The notes under the pieces are model-generated. The model ran no database searches. It was not told where the DNA came from and saw nothing but the letters and a program-made list of their open reading frames with translations. The translations under genes and the position numbers were made by a program. A stretch of 47,562 nucleotides of DNA, from contig CANHNO010000001.1 in the NCBI GenBank assembly GCA_947462065.1, forward strand, positions 1 to 47,562. Direction: 5' to 3'. Shown here piece after piece: positions 1 through 11,562 of the stretch; within the stretch, counting starts at the first letter, position 1; every line of letters begins with the position of its first letter. The DNA comes from Burkholderiales bacterium (GTDB taxonomy: Bacteria > Pseudomonadota > Gammaproteobacteria > Burkholderiales > Burkholderiaceae_C).

Positions 1-309
1 GTTGTCCGGATTGAAGTCGGTCGCGGCACCGAAGTTGATTTCCTTGTCGTCGATGCTGATCGACGTCAGTTTGCCGGTGCGGGCATTGGCGATGCCCTTC
101 TTCACGAGGTCGATCGTGTACTCGACCCGGAAGTCGCCCTTGCGTGGAGGGTCCAGTTCGGTGCCGTAGATGATCTCGACGGTTTCCACGCCGCTGCAGA
201 TCAGGTGCAGTACGGGCAAGGGGGTGGCGGCCTGGACTGTGGCGCTCAACGAAAGCCCCAGCAACGCGCCACACGCGAGGCGCGGAAACGATGTCGCGAA
301 TGCCTTCAT
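1..309 (-). CDS. hypothetical exported protein (3' end outside window)
   Basis: ATG at 309-307 with AAGGAG (revcomp of 318-323) upstream. The N-terminus MKAFATSFPRLACGALLGLSLSATVQA looks like a signal peptide. The frame stays open to the window edge. Confidence 0.55.
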   Translation of the reverse strand, partial: MKAFATSFPRLACGALLGLSLSATVQAATPLPVLHLICSGVETVEIIYGTELDPPRKGDFRVEYTIDLVKKGIANARTGKLTSISIDDKEINFGAATDFNPDN

Positions 310-336
310 GCCCTGGTCTCCTTGGTGAGGGGCGGG

Positions 337-648
337 TCAGCCGAAATGGCAGATGTAGTGCAGCGCGTCGGTTACTTCGATCTCGAACGACGACTGGCCG
401 GGCACGTTGAACGATTGGCCGCCCGCATAGTCGGCCCAGCTTTCGCTGCCTGACAACTTCACACGGCACACGCCGGCGACCAGTTCCATCACCTCGGGCG
501 CGCCGGTGTTGAAGGTCAGCCTGGAGGGCAGGATCACGCCGACGCTCTTCTTCGTGCCATCGGGCAGCGTGATGCTGTGCGAGACGCACTTGCCGTCGAA
601 GTACACATTGGCGCGGGTGGCGATGGAGGCAGTGATGTGGTCGGTCAT
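337..648 (-). CDS. ppnP: pyrimidine/purine nucleoside phosphorylase PpnP (YaiE/DUF1255 family)
   Basis: 103-aa [15 protein letters not shown] near the N-terminus and YICHF at the C-terminus fit my memory of this small cupin family. The size is typical. Confidence 0.8.
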   Translation of the reverse strand: MTDHITASIATRANVYFDGKCVSHSITLPDGTKKSVGVILPSRLTFNTGAPEVMELVAGVCRVKLSGSESWADYAGGQSFNVPGQSSFEIEVTDALHYICHFG

Positions 649-708
649 GGCGAGGCAGTCGAGATGTGGGTGATGGATTTGAAGCGATGAAGACGGGCCG
701 AGCGCAGC

Positions 709-2121
<1,413 letters not shown>

Positions 2122-2136
2122 CTATTCTCGCCGCTG

Positions 2137-2664
2137 TTACCCGGGCTCGGCAGAGCGCAGCTGGCGCAGCGTCATCTGCAGCAAGCGGGCATCCGAGCTA
2201 GCGCGGTGGCGCCGCAGGTTCAGTTCGTGCGCAACCTGGTCTTTGACCTGATGCCAACGGGCTGCGTCGCTGTCGGTCAGCAGGGCGCGCAGGTTCTCGA
2301 TGTGGAACGCCGGCGACAGGTCGGCAACATCGAACAGCGTGCCGATCCAGCTGTAGTCGTTGGCCCAGCCGTCGGTGTACACGGTCTGCCCGCGCAGAAC
2401 CTGGTTCAGGTGCCGTGCGATCTCGAGTGCTGGCCGACCGTGCAACAGCACGGTGTCGCGCGAGATGCCATGCAACTGTTGAGCCTCCGAGTCCCAGTGC
2501 GTCCAGGCCACTTCCGGGCGCACCAGCGTGCAGTAACCGCCGCCGTCGGGCAGCACGTAACCGATCTCGATCGGGTAGCTGTCGCGGCCGAAGCCTGAGG
2601 CCTCAATGTCGAGCACCGTCGGCAGCGCGACGTCGGTGGAAGATGCGGCGAGGGTGGTAACCAT
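2137..2664 (-). CDS. DEDDh-type 3'-5' exonuclease domain protein
   Basis: 175 aa. LDIEASGFG matches the Exo I DxE motif and HRASSDA matches the Exo III H-x4-D motif. Confidence 0.7.
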   Translation of the reverse strand: MVTTLAASSTDVALPTVLDIEASGFGRDSYPIEIGYVLPDGGGYCTLVRPEVAWTHWDSEAQQLHGISRDTVLLHGRPALEIARHLNQVLRGQTVYTDGWANDYSWIGTLFDVADLSPAFHIENLRALLTDSDAARWHQVKDQVAHELNLRRHRASSDARLLQMTLRQLRSAEPG

Positions 2665-2698
2665 GAACCAAGGCTAAGCACGGATCGTGAGAGATGCC

Positions 2699-4792
2699 TC
2701 AGTCTGCCTTACCCAACTGGCGCCACAGGTAGGCAAATTCCAGGGCCTGCAGGTGTGAGCGCTGGGAGTTGTCGGCCGCGCCGCCGTGACCGCCCTCGAT
2801 GTTTTCGTAATAGAGCAGCGCATGGCCCATCTCGCGCATGCGTGCGGCCATCTTGCGGGCATGCGCCGGGTGGACTCGGTCGTCGCGGGTCGAAGTGGTG
2901 AACAGCACCTCGGGATAGGTTCTGTCTGCGCTGAGGTTCTGATACGGGCTGTAGCGCGCGATGTGCGCCCAGTCCTCCGGCACATCGGGGTTGCCGAACT
3001 CGGCCATCCACGAGGCGCCGGCCAGCAGAGTGTGATAGCGCCGCATGTCGAGCAGCGGCACCTGGCAGACCACGGCGTTGAACAGATCGGGTCGCTGAGT
3101 GAAGGCGGCGCCCACCAGCAGACCGCCATTGCTACCGCCCATGATGCCGAGGTGCTGGGGGCTGGTGACACCGCCGGCGATCAGATCTTCGGCCACCGCG
3201 ATGAAGTCGTCGTAGCTGCGCTGCTTGTGCTCCCGGATGGCGGCCTGGTGCCAGGCCGGTCCGAACTCGCCACCGCCACGGATGTTGGCCACCACCAGCA
3301 CACCACCGCGTTCGAACCAGGCGAGGCCGTGGCCCGCCGGGTACCACGGGTTCAGCGCGATTTCAAAGCCGCCGTAGCCATACAACAGCGTCGGATTGCG
3401 CCCGTCTGCCTTGGCACCTCGTGGCCAGACAAGAAAGTAGGGCACGCGGGTGCCATCGGAGGAGGTGGCAAAACGCTGCTCCGTGCGCAGTCCGGTGGCG
3501 TCGAACAGGGCAGGGCGTGCTTTCAGCAGTTCGAGCGCGGGCGGGTCGGCGGAAATTCCCGAATCGGCTTCGGTCCTGCCGAGGAAGAGCGAATCCGGCG
3601 TCAGGAAATCGGTGTAGCCGAGCAGGTAGCTCTCGGCCAGAGGGTCGTGCAAGCGCATCGGATCGTGGATGCTGCGCACGCTCAATGTGCCGGGGCAGGG
3701 CGCGTCGATTGACCGTGGCTCGAAACCGCCCGGCGTGCGTCGCCACAATTCAAGGCGGCTGGCGACGTTGTCGAGCAGGTTGACGATCAGGTGCTCACGC
3801 GTCGGTGAATATCCCGCCAACGAACAGGTGGCCGTGGGTGTGAACAGCAGCGTGAACTGCCGCTCACCGGCCAGGTAAGCGAGCGCATCGGTGGCCAGCA
3901 GCGAGCCGCTGGCATGGGTCGAACCTGCCACCGTCCAGTCGCTGCGCAGCTCGATCAGCAAGGTGTCGGCCACGCTGCCTGCGTGGTTCCAGAAACTGAG
4001 CGACGCGTCGCTCGGCAGGTCGACGCTCACCAGCGCCTCGCCTTGCAGCAGGAAATGCTGCTGGTGGTAGAAATCGAGCGATCGACTGAAGATCGTGCGC
4101 TCGTGGCCCGGCGTCAGATCGACCGACACGCTGACCGACACATCGGTGGCTTCGCCCTCGAACACCGTCATCGCCGATGCCAGCGGGGTGCCGCGCGACC
4201 AGCGCTGGACGAGACGCGGGTAACCGGAGGCCGTCAGGCTGCCTGGGCCAATATCGGTGCCGACATACAGCGTGTTCTCATCGATCCACGTGACCGAAGA
4301 CTTGGCTTCGGGCAGCGCGAAGCCGTCTGCGATGAACTTCTTCGTGATGGTGTCGAACTCGCGCACCACTGTCGCATCGGCGCCGCCGCGCGACAGTGAA
4401 ACCAGGCAGCGATGCGGCGCGGTATCGAGCGCATCGGCACCGGACCAGACCCAGTTCTCGCCTTCGGTCGAGGCCAGTGCGTCGATGTCGAGCACGGTCT
4501 CCCAGCGCGGATTGGGCTGTCGGTATTCGTCGAGTGTGGTGCGGCGCCACAAGCCGCGCGGGTGGGTGTCATCGCGCCACAGGTTGTAGAAGTGATCGCC
4601 TCGCCGCGTGATCTGAGGGATGCGCTGCTTCGAGTTCAGCACTGCCAGCAACTGCTCGCGGATGGGTGCGTACTCGGGCCGCGCGGCCAGCAGCCCCTCG
4701 CTCTCGGCATTGCGTTCACGCACCCAGGCGAGCGCCTGCTCGCCGTGCACGTCTTCCAACCAGCGGTACGGATCCTCGTCAGTTGGGCTCAT
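2699..4792 (-). CDS. prolyl oligopeptidase family serine peptidase (S9)
   Basis: N-terminus DPYRWLED, catalytic GGSNGGLL (GxSxGG), and a C-terminal alpha/beta-hydrolase region with D and H. Start at ATG 4792; the upstream 79 codons of the track ORF are Arg/Pro-rich GC artefact. Confidence 0.88.
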   Translation of the reverse strand: MSPTDEDPYRWLEDVHGEQALAWVRERNAESEGLLAARPEYAPIREQLLAVLNSKQRIPQITRRGDHFYNLWRDDTHPRGLWRRTTLDEYRQPNPRWETVLDIDALASTEGENWVWSGADALDTAPHRCLVSLSRGGADATVVREFDTITKKFIADGFALPEAKSSVTWIDENTLYVGTDIGPGSLTASGYPRLVQRWSRGTPLASAMTVFEGEATDVSVSVSVDLTPGHERTIFSRSLDFYHQQHFLLQGEALVSVDLPSDASLSFWNHAGSVADTLLIELRSDWTVAGSTHASGSLLATDALAYLAGERQFTLLFTPTATCSLAGYSPTREHLIVNLLDNVASRLELWRRTPGGFEPRSIDAPCPGTLSVRSIHDPMRLHDPLAESYLLGYTDFLTPDSLFLGRTEADSGISADPPALELLKARPALFDATGLRTEQRFATSSDGTRVPYFLVWPRGAKADGRNPTLLYGYGGFEIALNPWYPAGHGLAWFERGGVLVVANIRGGGEFGPAWHQAAIREHKQRSYDDFIAVAEDLIAGGVTSPQHLGIMGGSNGGLLVGAAFTQRPDLFNAVVCQVPLLDMRRYHTLLAGASWMAEFGNPDVPEDWAHIARYSPYQNLSADRTYPEVLFTTSTRDDRVHPAHARKMAARMREMGHALLYYENIEGGHGGAADNSQRSHLQALEFAYLWRQLGKAD

Positions 4793-5103
4793 GCGCGCAG
4801 GTCCTGGGTGACTGCATGCCGTTGCATGTAGACCCGCACATAAGAGCACAGCGGATTGACCTTGAGGCCGTGTTCGCGAGCATGGGCCAGGGCGAAACGC
4901 ACCAGCGCTGCCGCGATGCCGCGGCCTTCGAGTGCAGGCGGCACCTCGGTGTGGTCGATGTGCATCACGTTGCCGATCAAACGGTAGTCGATGACGCAGC
5001 GCAGTCCGTCCGCCTGGCACTCGAAGCATGAGCCTACCGGGTCATGCCGGATGTCGAGGTCGGTGGCGCGGAGATGGGGGCGGGGTGCTGTCATCCGGCC
5101 CAT
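4789..5103 (-). CDS. GNAT-like N-acetyltransferase (small YjdJ-type)
   Basis: 104 aa containing HTEVPPALEGRGIAAALV. Its stop overlaps the peptidase start as ATGA at 4789-4792. Confidence 0.6.
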   Translation of the reverse strand: MGRMTAPRPHLRATDLDIRHDPVGSCFECQADGLRCVIDYRLIGNVMHIDHTEVPPALEGRGIAAALVRFALAHAREHGLKVNPLCSYVRVYMQRHAVTQDLRA

Positions 5104-5122
5104 TCTGGCCCCGATCGGTGGC

Positions 5123-5674
5123 TCAGGGATTCAACCGAATCGGCCGTACCTCGACGGAGCGCTCGCCTTCACCGATCCACGCCACGCCGTCCTGCACCGT
5201 CACTTGCAGCTGCATGCTGCGCTGAGCCAGTGCAGCAAGCGCCTGGCTCTGCTCAGCCTCGATTTGCCACACCGCCACATTGCGGGCGCGGGTGATGCGC
5301 GTCTCCAGCCCTTTCCACCACACCGGCGTGCTGTGGTTGAAGCTGATCACCGTGACCCGTTCGGCGCGCGGACCAGACTTCATGATGCGCCGCTCATCGG
5401 GCTGGCCGACATCGATCCAGTGCACGATCTGGCCGGTCAGGTCCTTGTGCCACAGGTCGGGCTCGTCGGTGTCCCATAGGCTCTTGGCCAATTCCAGCGT
5501 GCCATTTCGATGGTCGGCGGGCACGTTCAGCGCATAGGCCAGAACGCGGATCATCATCCGCTCGTCGGTTTCTGATGGATGGCGTGCGATGGTGAGCGCA
5601 TGTTCGCCATAGACATTGCGGTCCATGTCACTCAACTGCAGGCTGGCTTTGTGGATGGTGGCCTTCAGTGCCAT
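5123..5674 (-). CDS. yaeQ: YaeQ family protein
   Basis: 183 aa starting MALKATIHKASLQLSDMDRNVYGEHALTIARHPSETDERMM, the characteristic YaeQ N-terminus. Start at ATG 5674. Confidence 0.85.
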   Translation of the reverse strand: MALKATIHKASLQLSDMDRNVYGEHALTIARHPSETDERMMIRVLAYALNVPADHRNGTLELAKSLWDTDEPDLWHKDLTGQIVHWIDVGQPDERRIMKSGPRAERVTVISFNHSTPVWWKGLETRITRARNVAVWQIEAEQSQALAALAQRSMQLQVTVQDGVAWIGEGERSVEVRPIRLNP

Positions 5675-5783
5675 GGGGGGTGTGTCCTGTGGGGCGCGAA
5701 GAAATTCAGCGCAGCCGACGATTGTCGGCCACGCATGACAATCGAGGGCTGACGAACCTTCGCAGCGCACAGAGCACGACACC

Positions 5784-6071
5784 ATGAGCATGAAGAAGAC
5801 CGACCTGGTCAAGCACCTGGCCAAGAAGATCGATGGGCAGATGAAGGTGGCTGCGGTACCCGGCCGCTTCGGACAGGCCGCTGGCGCGGTCGTCGACAAG
5901 CGCGAGCAGCGCAGGCTGGATGCGCAGGCCGGTCTGCTGCCGTTTGCCTGCAAGCTGCCGGCTGAACTGGTGAGGCAACTCCACGATCGCGCGGTCAGCC
6001 ATGAGGGGGGCCTCAACGCACTGATCGCTCACTTGCTTGGGCAGTCCCTGCAGAACGACGCGAAGAGGTGA
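5784..6071 (+). CDS. hypothetical small protein
   Basis: 95-aa ORF with strongly GC3-biased codons. A hairpin terminator follows. Confidence 0.5.
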   Translation: MSMKKTDLVKHLAKKIDGQMKVAAVPGRFGQAAGAVVDKREQRRLDAQAGLLPFACKLPAELVRQLHDRAVSHEGGLNALIAHLLGQSLQNDAKR

Positions 6072-6086
6072 TTCGGCGCGGGAATG

Positions 6087-6111
6087 AAAAAACGCGGCCG
6101 AAGCCGCGTTT
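6087..6111. terminator. bidirectional intrinsic terminator
   Basis: AAAAAACGCGGC-cgaa-GCCGCGTTT. The GC stem has an A-run on one side and a T-run on the other. It lies between convergent genes ending at 6071 (+) and 6135 (-). Confidence 0.75.
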
Positions 6112-6134
6112 CGAAAGCTGATGTCGCGGCGCTT

Positions 6135-6344
6135 TTACAGCACGCGAATGTTGGCAGCTTGCAGGCCCTTCTGGCCTTGCTTGACTTCGAATTCGACCTT
6201 CTGGTTTTCGACCAGGGTCTTGAAGCCGCTGCCGGTGATGTCACGGAAGTGGGCGAAGAGGTCAGCGCCACCCGCGTCTTGAGCGATGAAGCCGTAGCCC
6301 TTGCTCTCGTTGAACCACTTCACGGTACCTGTTTGCGTCGTCAT
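6135..6344 (-). CDS. cspA: cold-shock protein, CspA family
   Basis: 69 aa [20 protein letters not shown]...DLFAHF, carrying the RNP1 and RNP2 motifs. Confidence 0.95.
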   Translation of the reverse strand: MTTQTGTVKWFNESKGYGFIAQDAGGADLFAHFRDITGSGFKTLVENQKVEFEVKQGQKGLQAANIRVL

Positions 6345-6626
6345 GGACGGTTTCCTATCAAATAACAAAATGATGCGACTGCACATGCAATCGCATGCAG
6401 AGACACTCAAGATCAACTGGAGATTTCTTGCGATCCCGCTTCAGAACAGAGACGGGTAGATGATCACTAGCAACCACGGTCTTGCGTATACCTGTCAACC
6501 TAATGTACCCCATTGCCTAGGCGGGCGCATACGTGTTTTTGGCGGGTTGGCGCCAATGACACAGAATCGCGCTCCCTTGATCACCATCATCCGAGCGGCC
6601 GGAGGGCGGCTCGAAACTGCCGAACG

Positions 6627-6878
6627 ATGCACCTGATTGATTTCGAATTGCGCGGTGAGCACATCACGCTCGATGCCTTGCTCAAGGCCACAGGTGTGTC
6701 GCCGAGTGGCGGTGCAGCGAAGGCCCTGGTGGCCGCCGGTGGCGTTCAGGTGGACGGGCGCGACGAGCTTCGCAAGACCTGCAAGATCAGGGCAGGCCAG
6801 GTGGTCGCCGTGGCGGGCAGTCGCATCAAGGTGATCGCACCCCCTACCGCAGCGGCTTCCCCGCTGACGCCGTCGTGA
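6627..6878 (+). CDS. S4-domain RNA-binding protein (YbcJ-like)
   Basis: 83 aa MHLIDFELRGEHITLDALLKATGVSPSGGAAKALVAAGGVQVDGRDELRKTCKIRAGQVV. Start at internal ATG 6627. Confidence 0.75.
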   Translation: MHLIDFELRGEHITLDALLKATGVSPSGGAAKALVAAGGVQVDGRDELRKTCKIRAGQVVAVAGSRIKVIAPPTAAASPLTPS

Positions 6879-7624
6879 TGACGCCTGCACCGCCGTCGAT
6901 CGCTGCTGCGGCCTTGCCGCAGGCCTTGATCGACCATGGCCACGCGGTGCTGGCACCGGAGGCCTTGCGCACGCTGATCGACATCGACGCCGCCCCGCTG
7001 ATGGCGCTGGTACCGAGCTGGTCCGACCTGCCACCTGACGCCTTCCTGCGTGACGGCGGCCGCTACCGGCGCCGCCGCCATTCTTGCTTCATCGTCGACG
7101 GCCCCCGGGTGCAGCAGGTGCCTCACCGGCCGCATTGGCAGCCGCTCGAATACAACGCGCTGCACGGCGGGCTCGAACGCATGTTCGACCCGATGAAGAC
7201 GGACATCACCGCCCAGCCGGCGTGGGTGGCACTGCTGCGCGGCTTGTCCGCGGTGTGCTCGCAGATCAAGGGCGCGCAGCCGTGGTTCGTGGAAGCGCAC
7301 CAGTTCCGCATCGACACCACTGACGGCATCGGCCGGCCAACACCGGAGGGCGCGCACCGCGATGGGGTTGATTTCGTCGTCGTCGCGCTGGTCGATCGCC
7401 GAGGCGTGAAAGGCGGCGAAACGCGCGTCTTCGACGCCGACGGGCCGACCGGCATCCGCTTCACGATGAGCGAGCCGTGGACGTTGCTGATGCTCGACGA
7501 CGCGCGGGTGATCCACGAGACCACGCCGATCCAGCCCCTGGAACCCGGCCGGCTGGACGGCCACCGCGACACGCTGGTGCTGACCTTCCGACAGGGTGGA
7601 TTTCAGGGGCCGGGCAGCGCTTGA
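6878..7624 (+). CDS. 2OG-Fe dioxygenase family protein
   Basis: About 248 aa with PEGAHRDGVDF (HxD iron ligands). The architecture fits the family I remember as PF10014. The ATG at 6878 overlaps the upstream TGA by 1 nt. Confidence 0.65.
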   Translation: MTPAPPSIAAAALPQALIDHGHAVLAPEALRTLIDIDAAPLMALVPSWSDLPPDAFLRDGGRYRRRRHSCFIVDGPRVQQVPHRPHWQPLEYNALHGGLERMFDPMKTDITAQPAWVALLRGLSAVCSQIKGAQPWFVEAHQFRIDTTDGIGRPTPEGAHRDGVDFVVVALVDRRGVKGGETRVFDADGPTGIRFTMSEPWTLLMLDDARVIHETTPIQPLEPGRLDGHRDTLVLTFRQGGFQGPGSA

Positions 7625-7637
7625 TACTGCCGCGGGA

Positions 7638-8417
7638 TCAGACCAGCCGGATGTCAGCCACCGCGTTGCTGCCGAAATCGTCGCGCGCCAGGTAGGCGAG
7701 GACACGGCGGGCCGTCTCTTCGGCACTCACCAGCTGGCCTTGTGCATGCAGTTGCTCGAAGTGCGCCTTGTCGGGGAAGCCCGCCTTGGCAGCGGCGCGT
7801 AATTGCGTCTGCAAGTCGGTATCGATGACGCCCGGCGCCAGCGACACGATGCGCGCTGCGTGGCTTTTGTCGCCTGCGGTCTCGGCGCGGTGCGCTTCGT
7901 CGAGCGCCACTACCCGCGAGTAGTGGTCCATGCCGGCCTTGGCTGCTCCGTAGATCGCGCTGCCCGCCATCGCCCGGCGGCCCAGGCCTGACGAGATGTT
8001 CAGCACACGACGATCGGCACGCCAGCCACCGGTTGCGCGAAGGAACGCGGCCGTCAGCAGGATGGTCGCTTCCAAGCCCAGGCGCAGCGCACTGGCCAGC
8101 TCGACGGAGGTGCTGCCGTCTGACGGGCCGACGGTCGCGATCACGCCGGCGTTGTTGATCAGTACCGCTTTGTCGAAGCGGTGCGCATCGAATTGGCGCA
8201 ACCATGCATCGACCTCGTCGGCCACGGTGATGCTGTCGGCCAGATCGCGCGGCCATTCCTCGAGCTGTGCCTGCGAGGCTGCGGCCCGTGTGGCCAGTGT
8301 CGGATGACGTCCTCGCGAAAGGCAGAGCATCACCGTGCCGGCATTCAGTAACTGCTCAGCCATCGCGGCGCCCAGGCCGCGCGAGGCGCCAGTGAGGATG
8401 ACGAGGCGTTGGGACAT
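7638..8417 (-). CDS. SDR family oxidoreductase
   Basis: TGASRGLG (Rossmann motif) and YGAAKAG (YxxxK). Confidence 0.85.
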   Translation of the reverse strand: MSQRLVILTGASRGLGAAMAEQLLNAGTVMLCLSRGRHPTLATRAAASQAQLEEWPRDLADSITVADEVDAWLRQFDAHRFDKAVLINNAGVIATVGPSDGSTSVELASALRLGLEATILLTAAFLRATGGWRADRRVLNISSGLGRRAMAGSAIYGAAKAGMDHYSRVVALDEAHRAETAGDKSHAARIVSLAPGVIDTDLQTQLRAAAKAGFPDKAHFEQLHAQGQLVSAEETARRVLAYLARDDFGSNAVADIRLV

Positions 8418-8468
8418 GGACTGGCTCCGGTGAGGCTAGGGCTGATTATTCTGGCGCGGCCGACAACT

Positions 8469-9140
8469 TCAGAACGCAGGCCTGCTCGTCAACGCCAGGG
8501 TCTGCGATGTCAGTGGATGCCGCAACTCCAGCCGCGTCGCGTGCAGCATCAGCCGTGTGACGGTGGGCATCTCAGCCGGTGCATACAAGGCATCGCCCAC
8601 GATCGGGTGCCCGATCGCCAGCAGGTGCACCCGCAACTGGTGCGTGCGCCCGGTCAGTGGCTGCAGTGCGAGCCGTGTGGCGCGTGCGGCAGTATCGCGG
8701 TGCAGCACGCGGTAGTGCGTCAGCGATGGCTTGCCCTGCAGCCGATCGACCTTCTGCCGGGGGCGTTGTGGCCAGTCGGCGAGCAGTGGCAGGTCGATCT
8801 CACCAAGGTCTTGCTCGACGAGGCCGTGTACCACCGCCTCGTAGTGCTTGTGCACCTCTCGGCTCTCGAACATGACGCTGATCGCACGCTGCATCGTGGC
8901 GCCACGGGCGAACAGCAGCAGCCCCGAAGTCGCCATGTCGAGCCGGTGCACGGTCTGCGCCTCGGGAAACTGCGCCTGGATTCGCGATACGGCGCAATCG
9001 GCCTTGTCAGCGCCACGACCCGGCACCGACAGCAGGCCGGCTGGCTTGTCGACTGCGACCAGCGCATCGTCGGCATGGACGATCACCAGCGGCGGCAATG
9101 GAGGGAGACTCGGGCGGGCAGACACCCGGCCATCATGCAT
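8469..9140 (-). CDS. RluA-family pseudouridine synthase
   Basis: Catalytic motif HRLDMATSGLLLFA, plus VDKPAGLL. Confidence 0.85.
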   Translation of the reverse strand: MHDGRVSARPSLPPLPPLVIVHADDALVAVDKPAGLLSVPGRGADKADCAVSRIQAQFPEAQTVHRLDMATSGLLLFARGATMQRAISVMFESREVHKHYEAVVHGLVEQDLGEIDLPLLADWPQRPRQKVDRLQGKPSLTHYRVLHRDTAARATRLALQPLTGRTHQLRVHLLAIGHPIVGDALYAPAEMPTVTRLMLHATRLELRHPLTSQTLALTSRPAF

Positions 9141-9157
9141 CGGCTACGCTTGACGGG

Positions 9158-11041
9158 ATGTTCTCAGCCTTCGAAAAACTGCTCGATCCCTATCCCGACG
9201 GGCAACCCACCCCGCCGCCGCGCGGGCTCTTTCCCTTCGTCTGGTCCTGCATCGCAGGGGCGCGCGGTCTGGTGCTTGGCATGATCCTGCTGACAGCATC
9301 GATCGGCATGTTCGAGGCCTACCTGTTCAGCATGCTGGGCGATGTGGTCGACTGGCTGGCGCGCGTGGAGCCGTCGCAGTTGTGGACACAGGAGCGAGAC
9401 CAGCTGCTGCTGCTCGCGGCCATCCTGATGGGCAGCCCGCTGTTGATTGCGCTGCAGACGCTGATCAAGCACCAGGCGCTCGCGGCCAACCTGCCGATGC
9501 GGCTGCGCTGGAATTTCCACCGGCTCATGCTCGGCCAGAGCATGTATTTTTATCAGGACGAGTTCGCAGGCCGCGTGGCTACCAAGGTGATGCAGACCGC
9601 GCTCGCCACCCGCGATGTGGTGATGATCATCTGCGACATCATGGTGTTCGTGGTGATCTATTTCGTCACCATCATCGCGCTGGTCGGCCGCTTCGATGCC
9701 TGGCTGCTGCTGCCCTTCGTCGGCTGGCTCACGCTGTATGCGCTGGCGATCTGGTACTTCGTGCCGCGTCTGGGCAAGGTCTCGAAGCTGCAGGCCGATG
9801 CGCGCTCGCTGATGACCGGGCGCATCACCGACGCGTACACCAACATCGCCACCGTCAAGCTGTTCTCCCACGCCGGGCGTGAGTCGGGTTATGTGCGCTC
9901 GGCGATGCAGGAATTCATCGTCACGGTGCATCGGCAGATGCGTCTGGTCAGCGGCTTCGAGGTGGTGAACCACCTGCTCAGCATGTTGCTGATCGCCAGC
10001 ACAGCGGGTGCCACGTTGTGGCTGTGGACGCGCGGCGAGCTGGGTGTGGGCGCTGTTGCCGCGGCGATCGCGATGGCCTTGCGCTTGAACGGCATCTCGC
10101 ACTGGGTGATGTGGGAAATGGCCTCCCTGTTCGAGCACATCGGCACCGTGCAGGACGGCATGAACACGCTGTCGCGCCCGCAACGCGTCACCGACCGGGC
10201 TGAGGCCGTGCCTTTGCAGGTCACGCGCGGCGACATCTGCTTCGACAACGTCCGCTTCGCCTACGGTGGCGAGACGCCAGTGATCGACGGCCTGTCGCTG
10301 CACATCCGCCCGGGCGAGAAGATCGGCCTGGTGGGTCGCTCTGGCGCCGGCAAGAGCACCATCGTCAACCTGCTGCTGCGCTTCTACGACGTGGAGTCGG
10401 GCCGGGTACTGATCGATGGCCAGGACGTCTCTGCAGTGACGCAAGACAGCCTGCGCTCGCAGGTGGGCATGGTCACGCAGGACACCTCGCTGCTGCATCG
10501 TTCTGTGCGCGACAACATTCTCTACGGTCGCCCCGAGGCTGGCGATCCCGAAATGATCTCCGCTGCACTGCGCGCCGAGGCGCACGATTTCATCGTCTCG
10601 CTGGCCGATCCGTCGGGGCGCACCGGTTACGACGCTCACGTGGGCGAACGAGGTGTGAAGCTCAGCGGTGGCCAGCGCCAGCGCATCGCGATCGCCCGCG
10701 TGATGTTGAAAGACGCGCCGATCCTGTTGCTCGACGAGGCCACCAGCGCGCTCGACAGCGAGGTCGAGGCTGCCATCCAGGCCAGCCTTTACCGCTTGAT
10801 GGAAGGCAAGACGGTGGTGGCCATCGCACACCGCCTGTCGACGATTGCCGCGATGGATCGGCTCATCGTGCTGGAGCACGGCCGCATCGTCGAGGAGGGC
10901 GACCACCAGAGCCTGCTGGCTCAAGGCGGGCTGTACGCGCGTCTCTGGGCGCACCAGAGCGGCGGATTTCTGGGGCTGGATTCGGGCGAAGTCGTCGAGC
11001 CGACGGCGGATAACGCCCCTCAGCGCAAGACGGGCACCTGA
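9158..11041 (+). CDS. ABC transporter, fused permease/ATP-binding exporter
   Basis: N-terminal six-TM region, Walker A GRSGAGKST, signature LSGGQRQR, Walker B ILLLDEATS. Start chosen at ATG 9158 (MFSAFEKLL). Confidence 0.9.
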   Translation: MFSAFEKLLDPYPDGQPTPPPRGLFPFVWSCIAGARGLVLGMILLTASIGMFEAYLFSMLGDVVDWLARVEPSQLWTQERDQLLLLAAILMGSPLLIALQTLIKHQALAANLPMRLRWNFHRLMLGQSMYFYQDEFAGRVATKVMQTALATRDVVMIICDIMVFVVIYFVTIIALVGRFDAWLLLPFVGWLTLYALAIWYFVPRLGKVSKLQADARSLMTGRITDAYTNIATVKLFSHAGRESGYVRSAMQEFIVTVHRQMRLVSGFEVVNHLLSMLLIASTAGATLWLWTRGELGVGAVAAAIAMALRLNGISHWVMWEMASLFEHIGTVQDGMNTLSRPQRVTDRAEAVPLQVTRGDICFDNVRFAYGGETPVIDGLSLHIRPGEKIGLVGRSGAGKSTIVNLLLRFYDVESGRVLIDGQDVSAVTQDSLRSQVGMVTQDTSLLHRSVRDNILYGRPEAGDPEMISAALRAEAHDFIVSLADPSGRTGYDAHVGERGVKLSGGQRQRIAIARVMLKDAPILLLDEATSALDSEVEAAIQASLYRLMEGKTVVAIAHRLSTIAAMDRLIVLEHGRIVEEGDHQSLLAQGGLYARLWAHQSGGFLGLDSGEVVEPTADNAPQRKTGT

Positions 11042-11431
11042 TCAGTCGTATTGCACGTACTTGTACTGAGCCTCGTCCGGCGTGCCCTCCAGCGCCGAGC
11101 CGGCCTGCCTGGCCGGTTGCCACATCACCAGCTCCTCGATCTTCAGCGCCAGTTCGAAGTCCTTGTTGGTGATGCCCTTGGCGCGGTGGTTCATCAGCTT
11201 GACGATGACCGACGGGTACGAGACCTCGAGGTCGGGGTGGTGCCAGGCGGCTTCGGCCAAGTGACCGATCGCATTGACGACCATCAGCGTGCCTTTCCAG
11301 CCGCTGGTCTTGTAATGGCGCCGCAGGTGGCCGTCTTGATGCGTCCAGGTCGGCAGATCCTGCTGCAGCCGGGCCGCAATCTCGCTGCCGGTGTACACCT
11401 CGTCGGGGGTTTTCTGGGTCCAGGCGCTCAT
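11042..11431 (-). CDS. 4a-hydroxytetrahydrobiopterin dehydratase (pterin-4-alpha-carbinolamine dehydratase)
   Basis: Contains GHLAEAAWHHPDLEVSY (HHPD motif). Start at ATG 11431 with a GGAG RBS. Confidence 0.8.
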   Translation of the reverse strand: MSAWTQKTPDEVYTGSEIAARLQQDLPTWTHQDGHLRRHYKTSGWKGTLMVVNAIGHLAEAAWHHPDLEVSYPSVIVKLMNHRAKGITNKDFELALKIEELVMWQPARQAGSALEGTPDEAQYKYVQYD

Positions 11432-11562
11432 CGCGGGCTCCTTTTGGGTTGTGCGCAAAGCATGTTCTCACGACACCACATGCCTGCGCCAACGGCCGCC
11501 TTTTCCAGTGGTCGCTCCCGGCTACGATCACCGCCAATCCCGCTGCCTCGAAAGAGTTTCTG

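Noticed and set aside
9164-10954. 596-aa minus-strand ORF
   Set aside because: It is antisense to the clearly real ABC transporter gene and has the typical high-GC shadow-ORF composition (Arg/Ala/His/Gln rich, no motifs).
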